Positions 34,506 to 43,009 of a DNA stretch of 52,486 nt are shown one piece after another; within the stretch, counting starts at the first letter, position 1; each line of letters begins with the position of its first letter. Both the position numbers and the translations under genes were made by a program. The stretch lies in assembly GCA_043820925.1 (NCBI GenBank), contig JBDRDL010000057.1, forward strand, positions 1 to 52,486, in the 5' to 3' direction. The DNA is from Methanobacteriota archaeon (GTDB taxonomy: Archaea; Hydrothermarchaeota; Hydrothermarchaeia; Hydrothermarchaeales; JACRDW01). The notes beneath the pieces were generated by a model, which was not told the origin of the DNA, ran no database searches, and worked only from the letters and a program-made list of their open reading frames with translations.

Positions 34506-36590
34506 ATGGGAATTTCTCAGATACGCAAAAGGGACGGGCGCATCGTCGCTTTTGAACCGCAGAAGATTGCAGATGCAATTCACAAAGCGATTGCTGCGGT
34601 CGGCGAGAGCGACGGCGAGGTTGCAGAGAAGCTCTCGAATGAAGTGGTTGGAATACTTGAGAAGAAATTCCCAAAAGCAATGCTGGGCGTCGAGGACGTG
34701 CAGGACATCGTCGAGGAAGTTCTGATTAAAAACGGATATGCAAAGGTCGTAAAGGCTTACATTCTCTACCGCCAGAGGCGCACAGAGCTCAGAGAAGCAA
34801 AAAAATTCCTCGGCGTAACCGATGAGCTGAAGCTGGGAGTAAATGCGGCAAGGGTGCTGGAGAGGAGATACCTGCTGAAAAACGAGAGAGGAGAAATCAT
34901 CGAAACGCCTGCACAGATGTTCAGGAGAGTTGCGCTTGCTGTCGCAAATGTGGATTTGCTCTACAATAAAAAAGCGAAGACAGAAGAAGAATTTTACAGC
35001 ATAATGGCGAATCTTGAATTTCTTCCAAATTCTCCGACGCTCATGAATGCAGGAACAGAACTGGGGCAGCTCGCTGCATGCTTCGTCCTGCCGGTCGAAG
35101 ATTCTGTGAAGAGTATATTTGAAGCGCTTAAGTCAATGGCGCTTATACATCAAAGCGGTGGTGGAACCGGCTTTTCCTTCTCAAAGCTTAGACCAAGAGG
35201 CGATATCGTCAAGTCAACGAAAGGCGTTGCTTCTGGACCTGTATCCTTTATGCGAATTTTTGATGTTGCAACCGAGGTGATAAAGCAGGGGGGCAGGAGG
35301 AGGGGAGCTAACATGGGCATCCTTCGGGTTGATCACCCGGATATAACTGAGTTCATAACAGCGAAAGAAAAGGAAGGCTTTCTTGCGAACTTTAACGTCT
35401 CTGTTGGCATTACCGATGAGTTCATGAGAGCCGTGGGGAAAAATGAGGACTGGGATTTGATAAACCCGAGGACAGGAAAAGCTGAAAAGAGATTTAGGGC
35501 GAAAGATATCTTCGACTTAATCGTTACAATGGCATGGCGCACCGGTGACCCCGGGTTAATATTCCTCGACGAGATAAACCGCCACAATCCAACGCCGCAG
35601 GCTGGAAAAATAGAGAGCACTAATCCCTGCGGTGAAATTCCTCTCCTGCCCTATGAGTCCTGCAACCTGGGCAGCATAAACCTCTCGAAGATGGTGAAGA
35701 ATGGTGAGATGGACTGGGGGAAACTGAAAAAAGTTGCAAGAACTGCAGTGCACTTCTTAGACAACGTTATCGACGCCAATAAATATCCACTGCCCGAGAT
35801 AGAGAAAGCAGCAAAGGCGAACAGAAAAATAGGTCTCGGCGTAATGGGCTTTGCGGACATGCTCCTGAAGCTGAAAATACCCTATGACTCAGACAAAGCT
35901 CTCGCAATTGCAGAGAAAGTTATGAAATTCATAAGCGAAGAGGCTAAGAAAAAATCAATAGAGATTGCTCAAGCGCGCGGCTCCTTTCCGAATTTTGAAA
36001 GCAGTACCTTGAGAAAAAAATTCAGCGACATGAGAAATGCAACCGTTACGAGCATTGCACCCACGGGTACGATAAGCATAATCGCAGGCGCAAGCAGCGG
36101 TATAGAGCCTATTTTCGCTATCTCATTTATGCGCAACGTGATGGGAACGCAGCTGCTGGAAGTTAATCCGATTTTCGAAGCCATTGCGAAAGAAAGAGGA
36201 TTTTACAGCACGGATTTAATGATAGAAATCGCAAAGATGGGTTCGATTCAAAACATGAAAGGAATTCCGGAAGATGTTCGAAGGGTGTTTGTCACTGCTC
36301 TGGACATAGCTCCAGAATGGCACGTTAAAATGCAGGCAGCCTTTCAGAAACACGTGGACAATGCGGTTGCAAAGACTGTTAACCTGCCTCACAGCGCTAC
36401 CATGGAAGATGTGAGAAAAATATTCCTGCTGGCTTATAAGCTGAGATGCAAGGGCACGACGATATATCGCTACGGAAGCAAGAGCGAGCAGGTGCTTTAC
36501 GTGGGCGGACTGACGAAAGGCGATAAAGGAGGAGTAATTGCAAACTCGGAATATGCAGGTGGATGCCCGAGCGGCGTGTGCGAGTTGTGA
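34506..36590 (+). CDS. nrdJ: adenosylcobalamin-dependent ribonucleotide reductase (class II)
   Basis: It has an ATP-cone (QIRKRDGRIVAFEPQKI), SGGGTGFSFS, the catalytic NPCGEIPL and a C-terminal Cys pair (GGCPSGVC). Confidence 0.9.
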   Translation: MGISQIRKRDGRIVAFEPQKIADAIHKAIAAVGESDGEVAEKLSNEVVGILEKKFPKAMLGVEDVQDIVEEVLIKNGYAKVVKAYILYRQRRTELREAKKFLGVTDELKLGVNAARVLERRYLLKNERGEIIETPAQMFRRVALAVANVDLLYNKKAKTEEEFYSIMANLEFLPNSPTLMNAGTELGQLAACFVLPVEDSVKSIFEALKSMALIHQSGGGTGFSFSKLRPRGDIVKSTKGVASGPVSFMRIFDVATEVIKQGGRRRGANMGILRVDHPDITEFITAKEKEGFLANFNVSVGITDEFMRAVGKNEDWDLINPRTGKAEKRFRAKDIFDLIVTMAWRTGDPGLIFLDEINRHNPTPQAGKIESTNPCGEIPLLPYESCNLGSINLSKMVKNGEMDWGKLKKVARTAVHFLDNVIDANKYPLPEIEKAAKANRKIGLGVMGFADMLLKLKIPYDSDKALAIAEKVMKFISEEAKKKSIEIAQARGSFPNFESSTLRKKFSDMRNATVTSIAPTGTISIIAGASSGIEPIFAISFMRNVMGTQLLEVNPIFEAIAKERGFYSTDLMIEIAKMGSIQNMKGIPEDVRRVFVTALDIAPEWHVKMQAAFQKHVDNAVAKTVNLPHSATMEDVRKIFLLAYKLRCKGTTIYRYGSKSEQVLYVGGLTKGDKGGVIANSEYAGGCPSGVCEL

Positions 36591-36594
36591 TTTT

Positions 36595-37122
36595 ATGAGC
36601 GAGAAGCGGGGCAATATTCATCTCTACACCGGCGAGGGCGAGGGGAAAACTATTACTGCTTTTGGTCTTGCACTGCGTGCTCTGGGTCATGGGCATAAAG
36701 TCGTTATAATTCAATTCATGAAGGGTCGCAAGGATATTGGTGAGTACAGGGTAAAGAAGAGGCTTTCTCCAGAATACGAGATTCACCAGTTCGGCAGGAA
36801 AGAATTCATAGATTTAAAAAATCCTGAGCCGGTGGATTTTGAATTGGCGAGGAAAGGTCTGGAATTTGCGAAAAAAGCTCTCAAGAAAAAAACAGACCTT
36901 TTAATTCTGGACGAGATAAACCTCGCAGTCGCTTTCAAATTAATAAAACTTGAAGAAGTTTTGAAATTCTTGAATAATGTTCCAAAAAATACTACTGTCG
37001 TTCTAACAGGGCGCAGAGCTCCCAGAGAGCTGATAGAACGCGCGGATTTGGTTACTGAAATGAAAGAAATAAAACATCCTATGAAGAAGGGGGTGCCTGC
37101 GAGGAAGGGAATAGAATATTAA
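36595..37122 (+). CDS. cobO: cob(I)yrinic acid a,c-diamide / cob(I)alamin adenosyltransferase (CobA/CobO/BtuR family)
   Basis: From the ATG at 36595 the translation is IHLYTGEGEGKTITAFGLALRALGHGHKVVIIQFMKG..LDEIN. It starts 5 nt after the nrdJ stop. Confidence 0.85.
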   Translation: MSEKRGNIHLYTGEGEGKTITAFGLALRALGHGHKVVIIQFMKGRKDIGEYRVKKRLSPEYEIHQFGRKEFIDLKNPEPVDFELARKGLEFAKKALKKKTDLLILDEINLAVAFKLIKLEEVLKFLNNVPKNTTVVLTGRRAPRELIERADLVTEMKEIKHPMKKGVPARKGIEY

Positions 37123-37177
37123 AATTATGGTTAAGTACCCTAACTATTACAATGAAATCTAACTTGTGATTTAGAAC

Positions 37178-37255
37178 TTGGTTAGTTATTTTTATATTTT
37201 TTAATATTTAAGTTAACAAATTCTTTCCGAAAGATTTTTAAATACTTAAATATAA
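37178..37255 (+). promoter_or_regulatory. promoter module of the nrdD-like gene resembling the nrdD/lrp intergenic module (30819-30885)
   Basis: TTGGTT-AGTTATTTTTATATTTTTT..AGTTAACAAATTCTTTCCGAAAGA aligns with TTGGTTTAGTATCTTATATATTTTT..GGTTAATAAAATCTTTTAGAAAAC. Two blocks give 14/18 and 17/24 matches by eye with similar spacing. It includes the palindrome TCTTTCCGAAAGA. Confidence 0.35.
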
Positions 37256-37310
37256 TAGGATGTTAATAAATTATCTAAAATATGTTAGAAAATTGAAAAG
37301 GCTGGAGAAT

Positions 37311-39281
37311 ATGGCTGCATCAAAATCCGGGGTGAGAGTGGTAAAATCTTCGGGAGATATAGAAACCTTCGAGCCTAACGTAATAAGTAGGGACTGCGTT
37401 GAGGCAGGAATCGACTTCTACACGAGTGCCGAGGTTGCGAGCGAGGTAGCTAAGCGGATATACGACAGGATAAGCACCAGAGACATTCAGGCAATGATGC
37501 TGGAAATTCTTTACAAAAAGCATCCAGAGGCAGCTGAGCGCTACAAGCGATTCCACAGCGTTCAGGTCAGGACCTCAAGGAATACGATAGAAAATTTCGA
37601 CAGAAAGAAGATAACTGCCTCTCTGGTGAGAGAAACCAGACTGCCCAAAGAGCTTGCGGAAACAATTGCAAGAGAGAGCGAGGCTGAGCTCCGAACGTTA
37701 AAGCTCGACTTCGTTTCTGCGCCGCTGATAAGAGAGGTTGTTAACGTAAAACTTCTGGAGCACGGGTTTGAAGACGCCAGGGCAGACTACACAAGGCTCG
37801 GGATGCCTGTATATGATGCCACTCAAATAATAGAGGTTGGCTCGAAAGAAAATGCTGTGCTGCAAAATCCTGAAAGCCTGCATGCATTAATGGCAGGCAA
37901 TATATTCAAGGAATATGCGCTGCTGAAGATTCTGCCCCTGCACCTTGCGGATGCGCACATGCGGGGCGAAATACACATCCATGACTTGGATTATTTCGCA
38001 ACCAGACCCTGCTCTGCGAGGCACGACCTGAGATGGGTGCTGAGGAATGGTCTGAAAATAGGAACGGTTAAAGCTGCTCCTGCGAAAAGCCTAGAAATGG
38101 CTGTGCTGCAAGCTGCGAAGTTTCTTGAGGTTGCAAGTACGAATTTCTCAAGAGAACAAAGTTTTGATTTTTTCAACGTATATCTTGCTCCGTATATGCA
38201 AGTTGAGTATGGGCGCATAAAACAAATTGCGCAGATTTACATACACGAAAGTCAAAGCGTGCTGAGAAGGAATCAAAAAATCTTTCTGGAGTACGGCTGC
38301 CCAAAAAGTTTGAGCGAGACTGCGGCTGTGCTGCCGGGTGGAGAGGTTAAGAAGAGCGTTACCTACTCGAACTTCGAGGAGGAGGCGAGAAATTTTGCAA
38401 AGGCTCTGGCAGAAATTTATCTGGAGGGAGACCACACAGGAAAACCTTTCTACAATCCAAGGGCATATTATATCCTGAGAAAGGAAAATAAAGAAGGCTA
38501 TGAGGAATTTCTGCTTCTGGTGCATAAAATCGCTGCAAAGTTTAGTACCGCTTATTTTTTAAATCTGCATTCATATGCTGAATCAAACGAAAAGGGCAGC
38601 CTGCAGATTGTAACCCTAAACCTGCCGAGAATAGCGTACGAAGCAGGGGGCGATGATACTAAGTTCTATGAAAAGCTGGACGAGCGCCTTAACATGGCTA
38701 GGGAAGCAATAATGATTAAGAGAGATGTAATAAAGCACAGGATGGAGCAGGGCTTGCTTCCGTTTTTGACGCAGGAATCTGAAGGCGAGGAGTACTATCG
38801 CTTGGACGAGACCTCGCATTCAATAGCATACATAGGCGCCGGTGAGATGGTTAAGGCACATACCGGCGAGGAAATGCATGAAAGCGAGGATGCGCTTAAA
38901 TTTGGATTGAGGGTTATTAAGTACATTTATGAGACCACGCAGAAGTGGTCCCGGGATTCAGGACTGAACTGGGTTGTTACCCAAGCTCAAAGCGAATCCG
39001 CTGCTTCCAGGTTAGCTAAGTCAGATTACGGAAAATTCAGCGGAAATGTGGTTTTGCGCAGAGTTGGGAAGGACCTGCGCTACGAATTCTCGCATATCAA
39101 AAGCGATGCAGACGTTGCGATGCAGAGGAGGCTACAGCTCGAGGGAGCGTTCCATGCTTTCACTAGCAACGCTGTTGCGAATATAGCTGTAAAAGATCCC
39201 ACGCCAGAAACTCTGCTTGACCTGAGCATGCAAATTGTTAATACTCCAATCAGAGCCTGGACCTACAAAGAGGTTAAATAA
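37311..39281 (+). CDS. NrdD-like protein with two N-terminal ATP-cones, lacking the catalytic Cys loop and glycyl-radical domain (probable pseudoenzyme)
   Basis: It is clearly homologous to the nrdD in this window (ADAHMRGEIHIHDLDY.. versus AEAHKKGYIHLHDLGH..; LQIVTLNLPRIAY versus IGVVTINMNRLGY). About 25 aa including AMCCRL are absent, and the protein ends at ..TPIRAWTYKEVK, where nrdD continues into the Zn ribbon and RIVGY. I start it at the ATG at 37311 (GGAG SD). Confidence 0.75.
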   Translation: MAASKSGVRVVKSSGDIETFEPNVISRDCVEAGIDFYTSAEVASEVAKRIYDRISTRDIQAMMLEILYKKHPEAAERYKRFHSVQVRTSRNTIENFDRKKITASLVRETRLPKELAETIARESEAELRTLKLDFVSAPLIREVVNVKLLEHGFEDARADYTRLGMPVYDATQIIEVGSKENAVLQNPESLHALMAGNIFKEYALLKILPLHLADAHMRGEIHIHDLDYFATRPCSARHDLRWVLRNGLKIGTVKAAPAKSLEMAVLQAAKFLEVASTNFSREQSFDFFNVYLAPYMQVEYGRIKQIAQIYIHESQSVLRRNQKIFLEYGCPKSLSETAAVLPGGEVKKSVTYSNFEEEARNFAKALAEIYLEGDHTGKPFYNPRAYYILRKENKEGYEEFLLLVHKIAAKFSTAYFLNLHSYAESNEKGSLQIVTLNLPRIAYEAGGDDTKFYEKLDERLNMAREAIMIKRDVIKHRMEQGLLPFLTQESEGEEYYRLDETSHSIAYIGAGEMVKAHTGEEMHESEDALKFGLRVIKYIYETTQKWSRDSGLNWVVTQAQSESAASRLAKSDYGKFSGNVVLRRVGKDLRYEFSHIKSDADVAMQRRLQLEGAFHAFTSNAVANIAVKDPTPETLLDLSMQIVNTPIRAWTYKEVK

Positions 39282-39646
39282 TGCTCGTGGATATGCTTCT
39301 CGACGTAAACATACCAAAAAAGGTGAAGAAGATGAACAGCGGGAGAAGAGTCCTCCACATAGGCGACATAGACACGTGCATGGACGATGAGGATATCCTG
39401 CACATAGTGAGTAAATTTAAATGCCTGCTTGTTACCCACGACAGGAGTCTTGCGCTCAGGGCCGCAAAAAAGTACAGGACGCTGTTCATCAAGGAGCCGA
39501 TAGCCGCTGAAGACATAATCTTATGTCTGGAAAAGAACAACGAACTCTTAAAAACTGCAAGCATATTCTGCGAAAACGGCATTGAATGCCGGGATTGCAA
39601 AAACATCACGTTCCTGGGTTCACCGCTCAGGAGGGAGGGTCTATAG
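39281..39646 (+). CDS. PIN-like nuclease of the DUF5615 / Mut7-C type
   Basis: 121 aa. The pattern LLDVNIP..DDEDIL..LLVTHDR matches the DUF5615/Mut7-C PIN-like layout, and there is a C-terminal CENGIECRDC Cys cluster. Its ATG overlaps the nrdD-like stop (TAATG). Confidence 0.5.
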   Translation: MLVDMLLDVNIPKKVKKMNSGRRVLHIGDIDTCMDDEDILHIVSKFKCLLVTHDRSLALRAAKKYRTLFIKEPIAAEDIILCLEKNNELLKTASIFCENGIECRDCKNITFLGSPLRREGL

Positions 39647-39730
39647 GGGAGAATTTCCACCTGCCCATTTCCACCTCCAACTCGGCTCTTTCTTTCCCCT
39701 AACCCTCCTCTTTTTTTGAGCTTTGCTCAC

Positions 39731-39932
39731 AAACAGAAGAATTCGGCGAGATATCTGAAACGGAGGTTTTCGAATCGGTACAAAGTGGAGAAGTGATAGA
39801 AGCAAGGTCTGCAACAACTGCGGCGAGCGGTACTACGATGCAGTTACTTGAGGATATAAAAGAAAAACTCATGAAAAAGAAGTTAAGTTTAGAAGTTGTT
39901 GGTAGAGTCGTGAGAATTTCCAAGGCTATCTA
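39731..39932 (+). pseudogene. fused, frameshifted remnant of a DUF4258 toxin / YgiT-type zinc-finger antitoxin pair
   Basis: 39731-39805 aligns to 43085-43160 (EEFGEISE.EVF.SVQSGEVIE). 39806-39932 aligns to the 3' half of 43324-43560 (CN.CGERYYD..MQLLE..KKL.LEVVG.V) with internal deletions. Confidence 0.6.
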
Positions 39933-40010
39933 GTACAACCTCATGCTCTCCCTGAGTCTCGTCAGGCTCTCGTTTTCCTCCGGTTTTCTGACAACAAAAT
40001 AGATATAACT
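39930..40010 (-). pseudogene. methyltransferase 3'-end remnant, copy 1
   Basis: It translates to ..YIYFVVRKPEENESLTRLRESMRLY*, homologous to the tails at 42068-42123, 42829-42960 and 43566-43703. No methyltransferase body is attached. Confidence 0.5.
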
Positions 40011-40030
40011 GGTTACTAACATACTAACCC

Positions 40031-40483
40031 ATGACCAAGGTGTACTTGGATACTTGTGTGTGGGGCAGACCGTTCGATGACCAGAACGACAAAAAGATAC
40101 TCGAAGAAACAGCGGCATATTTTGAAATCGCGTGGAAAATAGATTCTAGAGAAATAGAAGTCGTTAGCTCAGAAGTTCTTTTTGCAGAGTTGGAAGATAT
40201 TTCTGATGAAAATCTGAGAGAAAAGGTTAAACTGCTCGTAACAAAGGCAGTTTCCTATGTAGTGAAACTTGACAACGAAATCAGAGAAGTTGCCATAGAG
40301 CTTGAGAAAAAATGCAAATGCTTTGGTACCGATGCCCTACACATCGCTGCCGCAATCTCTGGGCGCGCTGATTTTTTTGTGACCACTGACTATGAGCTGC
40401 TCAAAAAAAGAGAATGCATAAAACAAAAATTCAATATCGATGTTATAAATCCTGTTAACTTTGTGAGGAACTTGTATGGGTGA
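40031..40483 (+). CDS. PIN-domain protein (VapC-like toxin)
   Basis: 150 aa with VYLDTCVW, FAELEDIS, DALHIAAA and FVTTDYEL, the PIN acidic residue contexts. Confidence 0.7.
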   Translation: MTKVYLDTCVWGRPFDDQNDKKILEETAAYFEIAWKIDSREIEVVSSEVLFAELEDISDENLREKVKLLVTKAVSYVVKLDNEIREVAIELEKKCKCFGTDALHIAAAISGRADFFVTTDYELLKKRECIKQKFNIDVINPVNFVRNLYG

Positions 40484-40709
40484 AGCGGTTTTAAACGATA
40501 AAAAGCTTGTGAAAAAAGCTTTCGGCCTGCTTGAAAAAGAGATGAACCTTGTAGAGTATACTAGGTTTCTACAGCTCATAACTCCAAGCAGAGGGGACTT
40601 AACAAAAGAGCTTGTAGAAAAACGTAAAAAGCTAAATGTCGATGCCGCTTACGAAAAATTCCTCAAGAGGATAAAAAAAGTAGCTACCAGCTCATGTGCA
40701 ATTAAATAA
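40476..40709 (+). CDS. small helical protein, possible cognate antitoxin encoded downstream of the PIN gene
   Basis: 77 aa. It overlaps the PIN stop by 8 nt. No family recognised. Confidence 0.4.
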   Translation: MGEAVLNDKKLVKKAFGLLEKEMNLVEYTRFLQLITPSRGDLTKELVEKRKKLNVDAAYEKFLKRIKKVATSSCAIK

Positions 40710-40806
40710 AAATCGTATTTACCGCGCCACTTCTCCCTCGTGGATTTCATCTTCCACTGCCTCTAAAATCATAAGAAATATTTTTAAAGTTAAAAGGACG
40801 TTAGTA

Positions 40807-40995
40807 ATGCGTGGAAGAAACATTATTAAAAGAGATTATTACCAGCTTGACAGGCTGGACGAAAAAGTAACTAATTTTATGGGATTCTTTGATCTACCCC
40901 TGAAGGAGAAAGCAGACCTGAAGGAGGATATAGAGGCTTATAGGAAGGGGAAGCTGGACGTAGTCGCTCTAGAAGAGGCAGAGAAGCTTGTTTAG
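40807..40995 (+). CDS. small antitoxin-like protein upstream of a decayed relE
   Basis: From the ATG at 40807 it encodes 62 aa (MRGRNIIKRDYYQLDRLDEKV..GKLDVVALEEAEKLV). Its 3' end overlaps the relE-like start. Confidence 0.4.
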   Translation: MRGRNIIKRDYYQLDRLDEKVTNFMGFFDLPLKEKADLKEDIEAYRKGKLDVVALEEAEKLV

Positions 40996-41244
40996 TGTCG
41001 TTGTGAAGAAGGCTGCCCTAAAAGAGATTAAGAAAGAAACCAGGGGAACGAAAAATAGGATTTTTGATTCGCTGAAGAAACTTGAGAATCCATTCGCTAT
41101 ACCTTACGAGAAACTCAGGGGAAGGAGAACGTTTACCGTATAAGAGTTGGAGACTTCAGGGTTATTTATTATGTAGACAAGGACAAAAACGAGGTTGTGG
41201 TTTTCAGAATAAGAAGGAGAGGCAGAGCATACAAGGGGTTGTGA
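40988..41244 (+). pseudogene. RelE/ParE-family toxin gene disrupted by a frameshift
   Basis: Frame A reads (M)FSVVVKKAALKEIKKE..LENPFAIPYEKLRGRRTFTV*. A second frame continues YRIRVGDFRVIYYVDKDKNEVVVFRIRRRGRAYKGL*, the canonical RelE C-terminus. The shift lies in the GGGGAAGGAGAA run near 41118-41130. Confidence 0.65.
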
Positions 41245-41257
41245 AACGAAGTGCGTC

Positions 41258-41476
41258 GTGTGTAAAAGCTTGGACATTGTTGAAAAAGAAGTGGAGGAAG
41301 AGATTAAAGTAAACAGCGACATCGCTCTTTATCCTGTGAAAGTCAAGGTCTGCAACAGCTGCGGCGAGCGTTACTACGACAGAATAGCTGTGCTCTCCTC
41401 TTTCGCTGGTTTTCTAATTCCAAACAATAATATAAACGTTAATGTTCATTTTTTAATTAGGTGTAAAAATGGCTAG
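41258..41476 (+). pseudogene. truncated YgiT-type zinc-finger antitoxin paralog
   Basis: I estimate about 88% nt identity to 43330-43465. The ATG is replaced by ACG (the first Cys of the CxxC is lost if the GTG at 41258 is used). The sequence diverges after ..CGERYYDR into a short methylase-tail fragment (41402-41428). Confidence 0.6.
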
Positions 41477-41675
41477 GATTGTAATCGATATTCCAAATAG
41501 AGTAATTGACAATCTGGGGGAGACAGCAATCGTTGAAAGCATAAAGGACTTTCTTATTAACCAATACGAAGTTCCTAAATTTGAAATCACTGTTAGAAAA
41601 ATAAAAAGAGCACCTTCATTGAGATTCAAGATAGAAAAAAAATTGGGGGACTGGAAGCTCATTGATCGAGTTTGA
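41469..41675 (+). CDS. small RHH/CopG-like protein
   Basis: 68 aa. MARIVIDIPNRVIDNLGE resembles the N-terminal beta strand of ribbon-helix-helix antitoxins. It overlaps the next ORF by 14 nt. Confidence 0.4.
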   Translation: MARIVIDIPNRVIDNLGETAIVESIKDFLINQYEVPKFEITVRKIKRAPSLRFKIEKKLGDWKLIDRV

Positions 41676-42066
41676 TTACGTCAAAGGCGATGGAACGCCG
41701 GACATTCCAGTAATTCGTATTTCGTTGAGAATTGGTACGAAGAAAATCGGTGGGCAAGCTATTGTTGATACTGGTTTCGACGGCGGCATTTACCCGAATT
41801 CTATTCTTGCCGGATTTTTATTAGGACTCCGCCCAGTAGGAAGAGAATTTCTGGAAGGCGTTAGTGGCGAGGTTGAATGCGATGTCTTTGAGTTAGATGC
41901 CGAATTATTTTATCCCAGCGAAGGTGCTAAGAAGAGTATAGGAACCGCAAAAATATACCTCCCTCTTGACAAAGAAAATTTGACTCAAGATGTTGTAGTA
42001 GGAAGAGAAATATTGAACAACTTAGATATCCGGCTGAACGGCAAAGTAGTTAGGATTTACGACTGA
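41662..42066 (+). CDS. retropepsin-like (clan AA) aspartyl protease
   Basis: 134 aa with the active-site context AIVDTGFDGG and the C-terminal GREILNNL block typical of single-domain retropepsin-like proteases. Confidence 0.65.
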   Translation: MIEFDYVKGDGTPDIPVIRISLRIGTKKIGGQAIVDTGFDGGIYPNSILAGFLLGLRPVGREFLEGVSGEVECDVFELDAELFYPSEGAKKSIGTAKIYLPLDKENLTQDVVVGREILNNLDIRLNGKVVRIYD

Positions 42067-42067
42067 G

Positions 42068-42123
42068 CTACCACCTCATGCTCTCCTTGAATTTTGTTAA
42101 GCTCTCGTCTTTTTCTGCTTCTC
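42068..42123 (-). pseudogene. methyltransferase 3'-end remnant, copy 2
   Basis: It translates to ..EAEKDESLTKFKESMRW*. Its DNA aligns with 39933-39990. Confidence 0.5.
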
Positions 42124-42360
42124 TCAAGTTGTATGATACCCAAATATTCTATCGTATTGCTTGTGGTCAACAAGGTCCAAAATAAAAGAAATCACTTCTA
42201 CTTCTGAACTAACAATTGTGTATATCATCCTCCAATCGCTACTTACGTTTAGCTTCCATAGATTGTCAAATTCAATGCCATACTTATTGCGGTAATAATT
42301 AAAAGCGGCTGGATGTTTTTTTCTTGAAATATGGGCACCGAACTTATAGTTCCACTTCAA
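42124..42360 (-). CDS. RelE/ParE-superfamily toxin-like protein
   Basis: 78 aa with a TTG start. LWKLNVSSDWRMIYTI..EVISFILDLVDHKQYDRIFG matches the RelE/YafQ-type pattern (W-R-x-I-Y .. DH..Y). Confidence 0.6.
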   Translation of the reverse strand: MKWNYKFGAHISRKKHPAAFNYYRNKYGIEFDNLWKLNVSSDWRMIYTIVSSEVEVISFILDLVDHKQYDRIFGYHTT

Positions 42361-42440
42361 ACGTTCGATTCCTCTTCTTCTATTTCCTTTCTACGAGCTA
42401 TAACTTTATCGAGTAATCTGACTTTATACATATATCGCAT
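42357..42440 (-). CDS. 27-aa ORF overlapping the toxin start, possible minimal antitoxin
   Basis: An ATG at 42440 gives MRYMYKVRLLDKVIARRKEIEEEESNV*. The TGA overlaps the TTG start of the toxin. It is very short, so confidence is low. Confidence 0.2.
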   Translation of the reverse strand: MRYMYKVRLLDKVIARRKEIEEEESNV

Positions 42441-42555
42441 TCTACGGAATCATGAAAATAAATACCTTTAGAATGGCTCGGCGAAGTAAAATTATATATA
42501 TTAATATAATAAATGTTGCAAATGTTATATAAATTTATATAATTGTAGGTGAAAA

Positions 42556-42828
42556 ATGAGCACGCCCACCACTAAAATTGAGAAGATACATTATCCGCAG
42601 CTTAACACCATCCTCATGATAGAGAATGCCATCAAGCAGCATGACGGGGAGTATACCGTTACCCAACTGTGGAGAAAATTGGAGAAGAGCGTAATGTACC
42701 AGACCTACAAAACTGCAATTGATTACCTGATTGATTCAAGAAAAGTTATAATCAAGAACAAAAAACTTGTCTGGATTTTCAACCCAGAACTAATGGATAA
42801 ACTAATGGCTAGAAGCGAAGAAGTATAG
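42556..42828 (+). CDS. small winged-helix-like hypothetical protein
   Basis: 90 aa on AT-rich sequence. It is divergent from the RelE-like gene across an AT-rich spacer. Confidence 0.45.
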   Translation: MSTPTTKIEKIHYPQLNTILMIENAIKQHDGEYTVTQLWRKLEKSVMYQTYKTAIDYLIDSRKVIIKNKKLVWIFNPELMDKLMARSEEV

Positions 42829-42960
42829 TCAAAATTTCATACGCTCCCTAAATTTTGCTACATTTTCCTCTCTGCCCGGCTTTCTGAAGACATACAAATG
42901 CTCGTGGGCGATGAGATAAAAGTCGTACTTGCTGCCTCGCCACTTCTCCTTCGTTGAACC
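42829..42960 (-). pseudogene. methyltransferase 3'-end remnant, copy 3
   Basis: It translates to ..KEKWRGSKYDFYLIAHEHLYVFRKPGREENVAKFRERMKF*. The HE[HY]-hydrophobic-VF-[RK]K block near the C-terminus is typical of small DNA/RNA methyltransferases. No catalytic domain lies upstream. Confidence 0.55.
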
Positions 42961-43009
42961 GATTTTTGCCAGAATAAACTTTATTTGCACCAAAATAGCA
43001 TTTTCTCTT

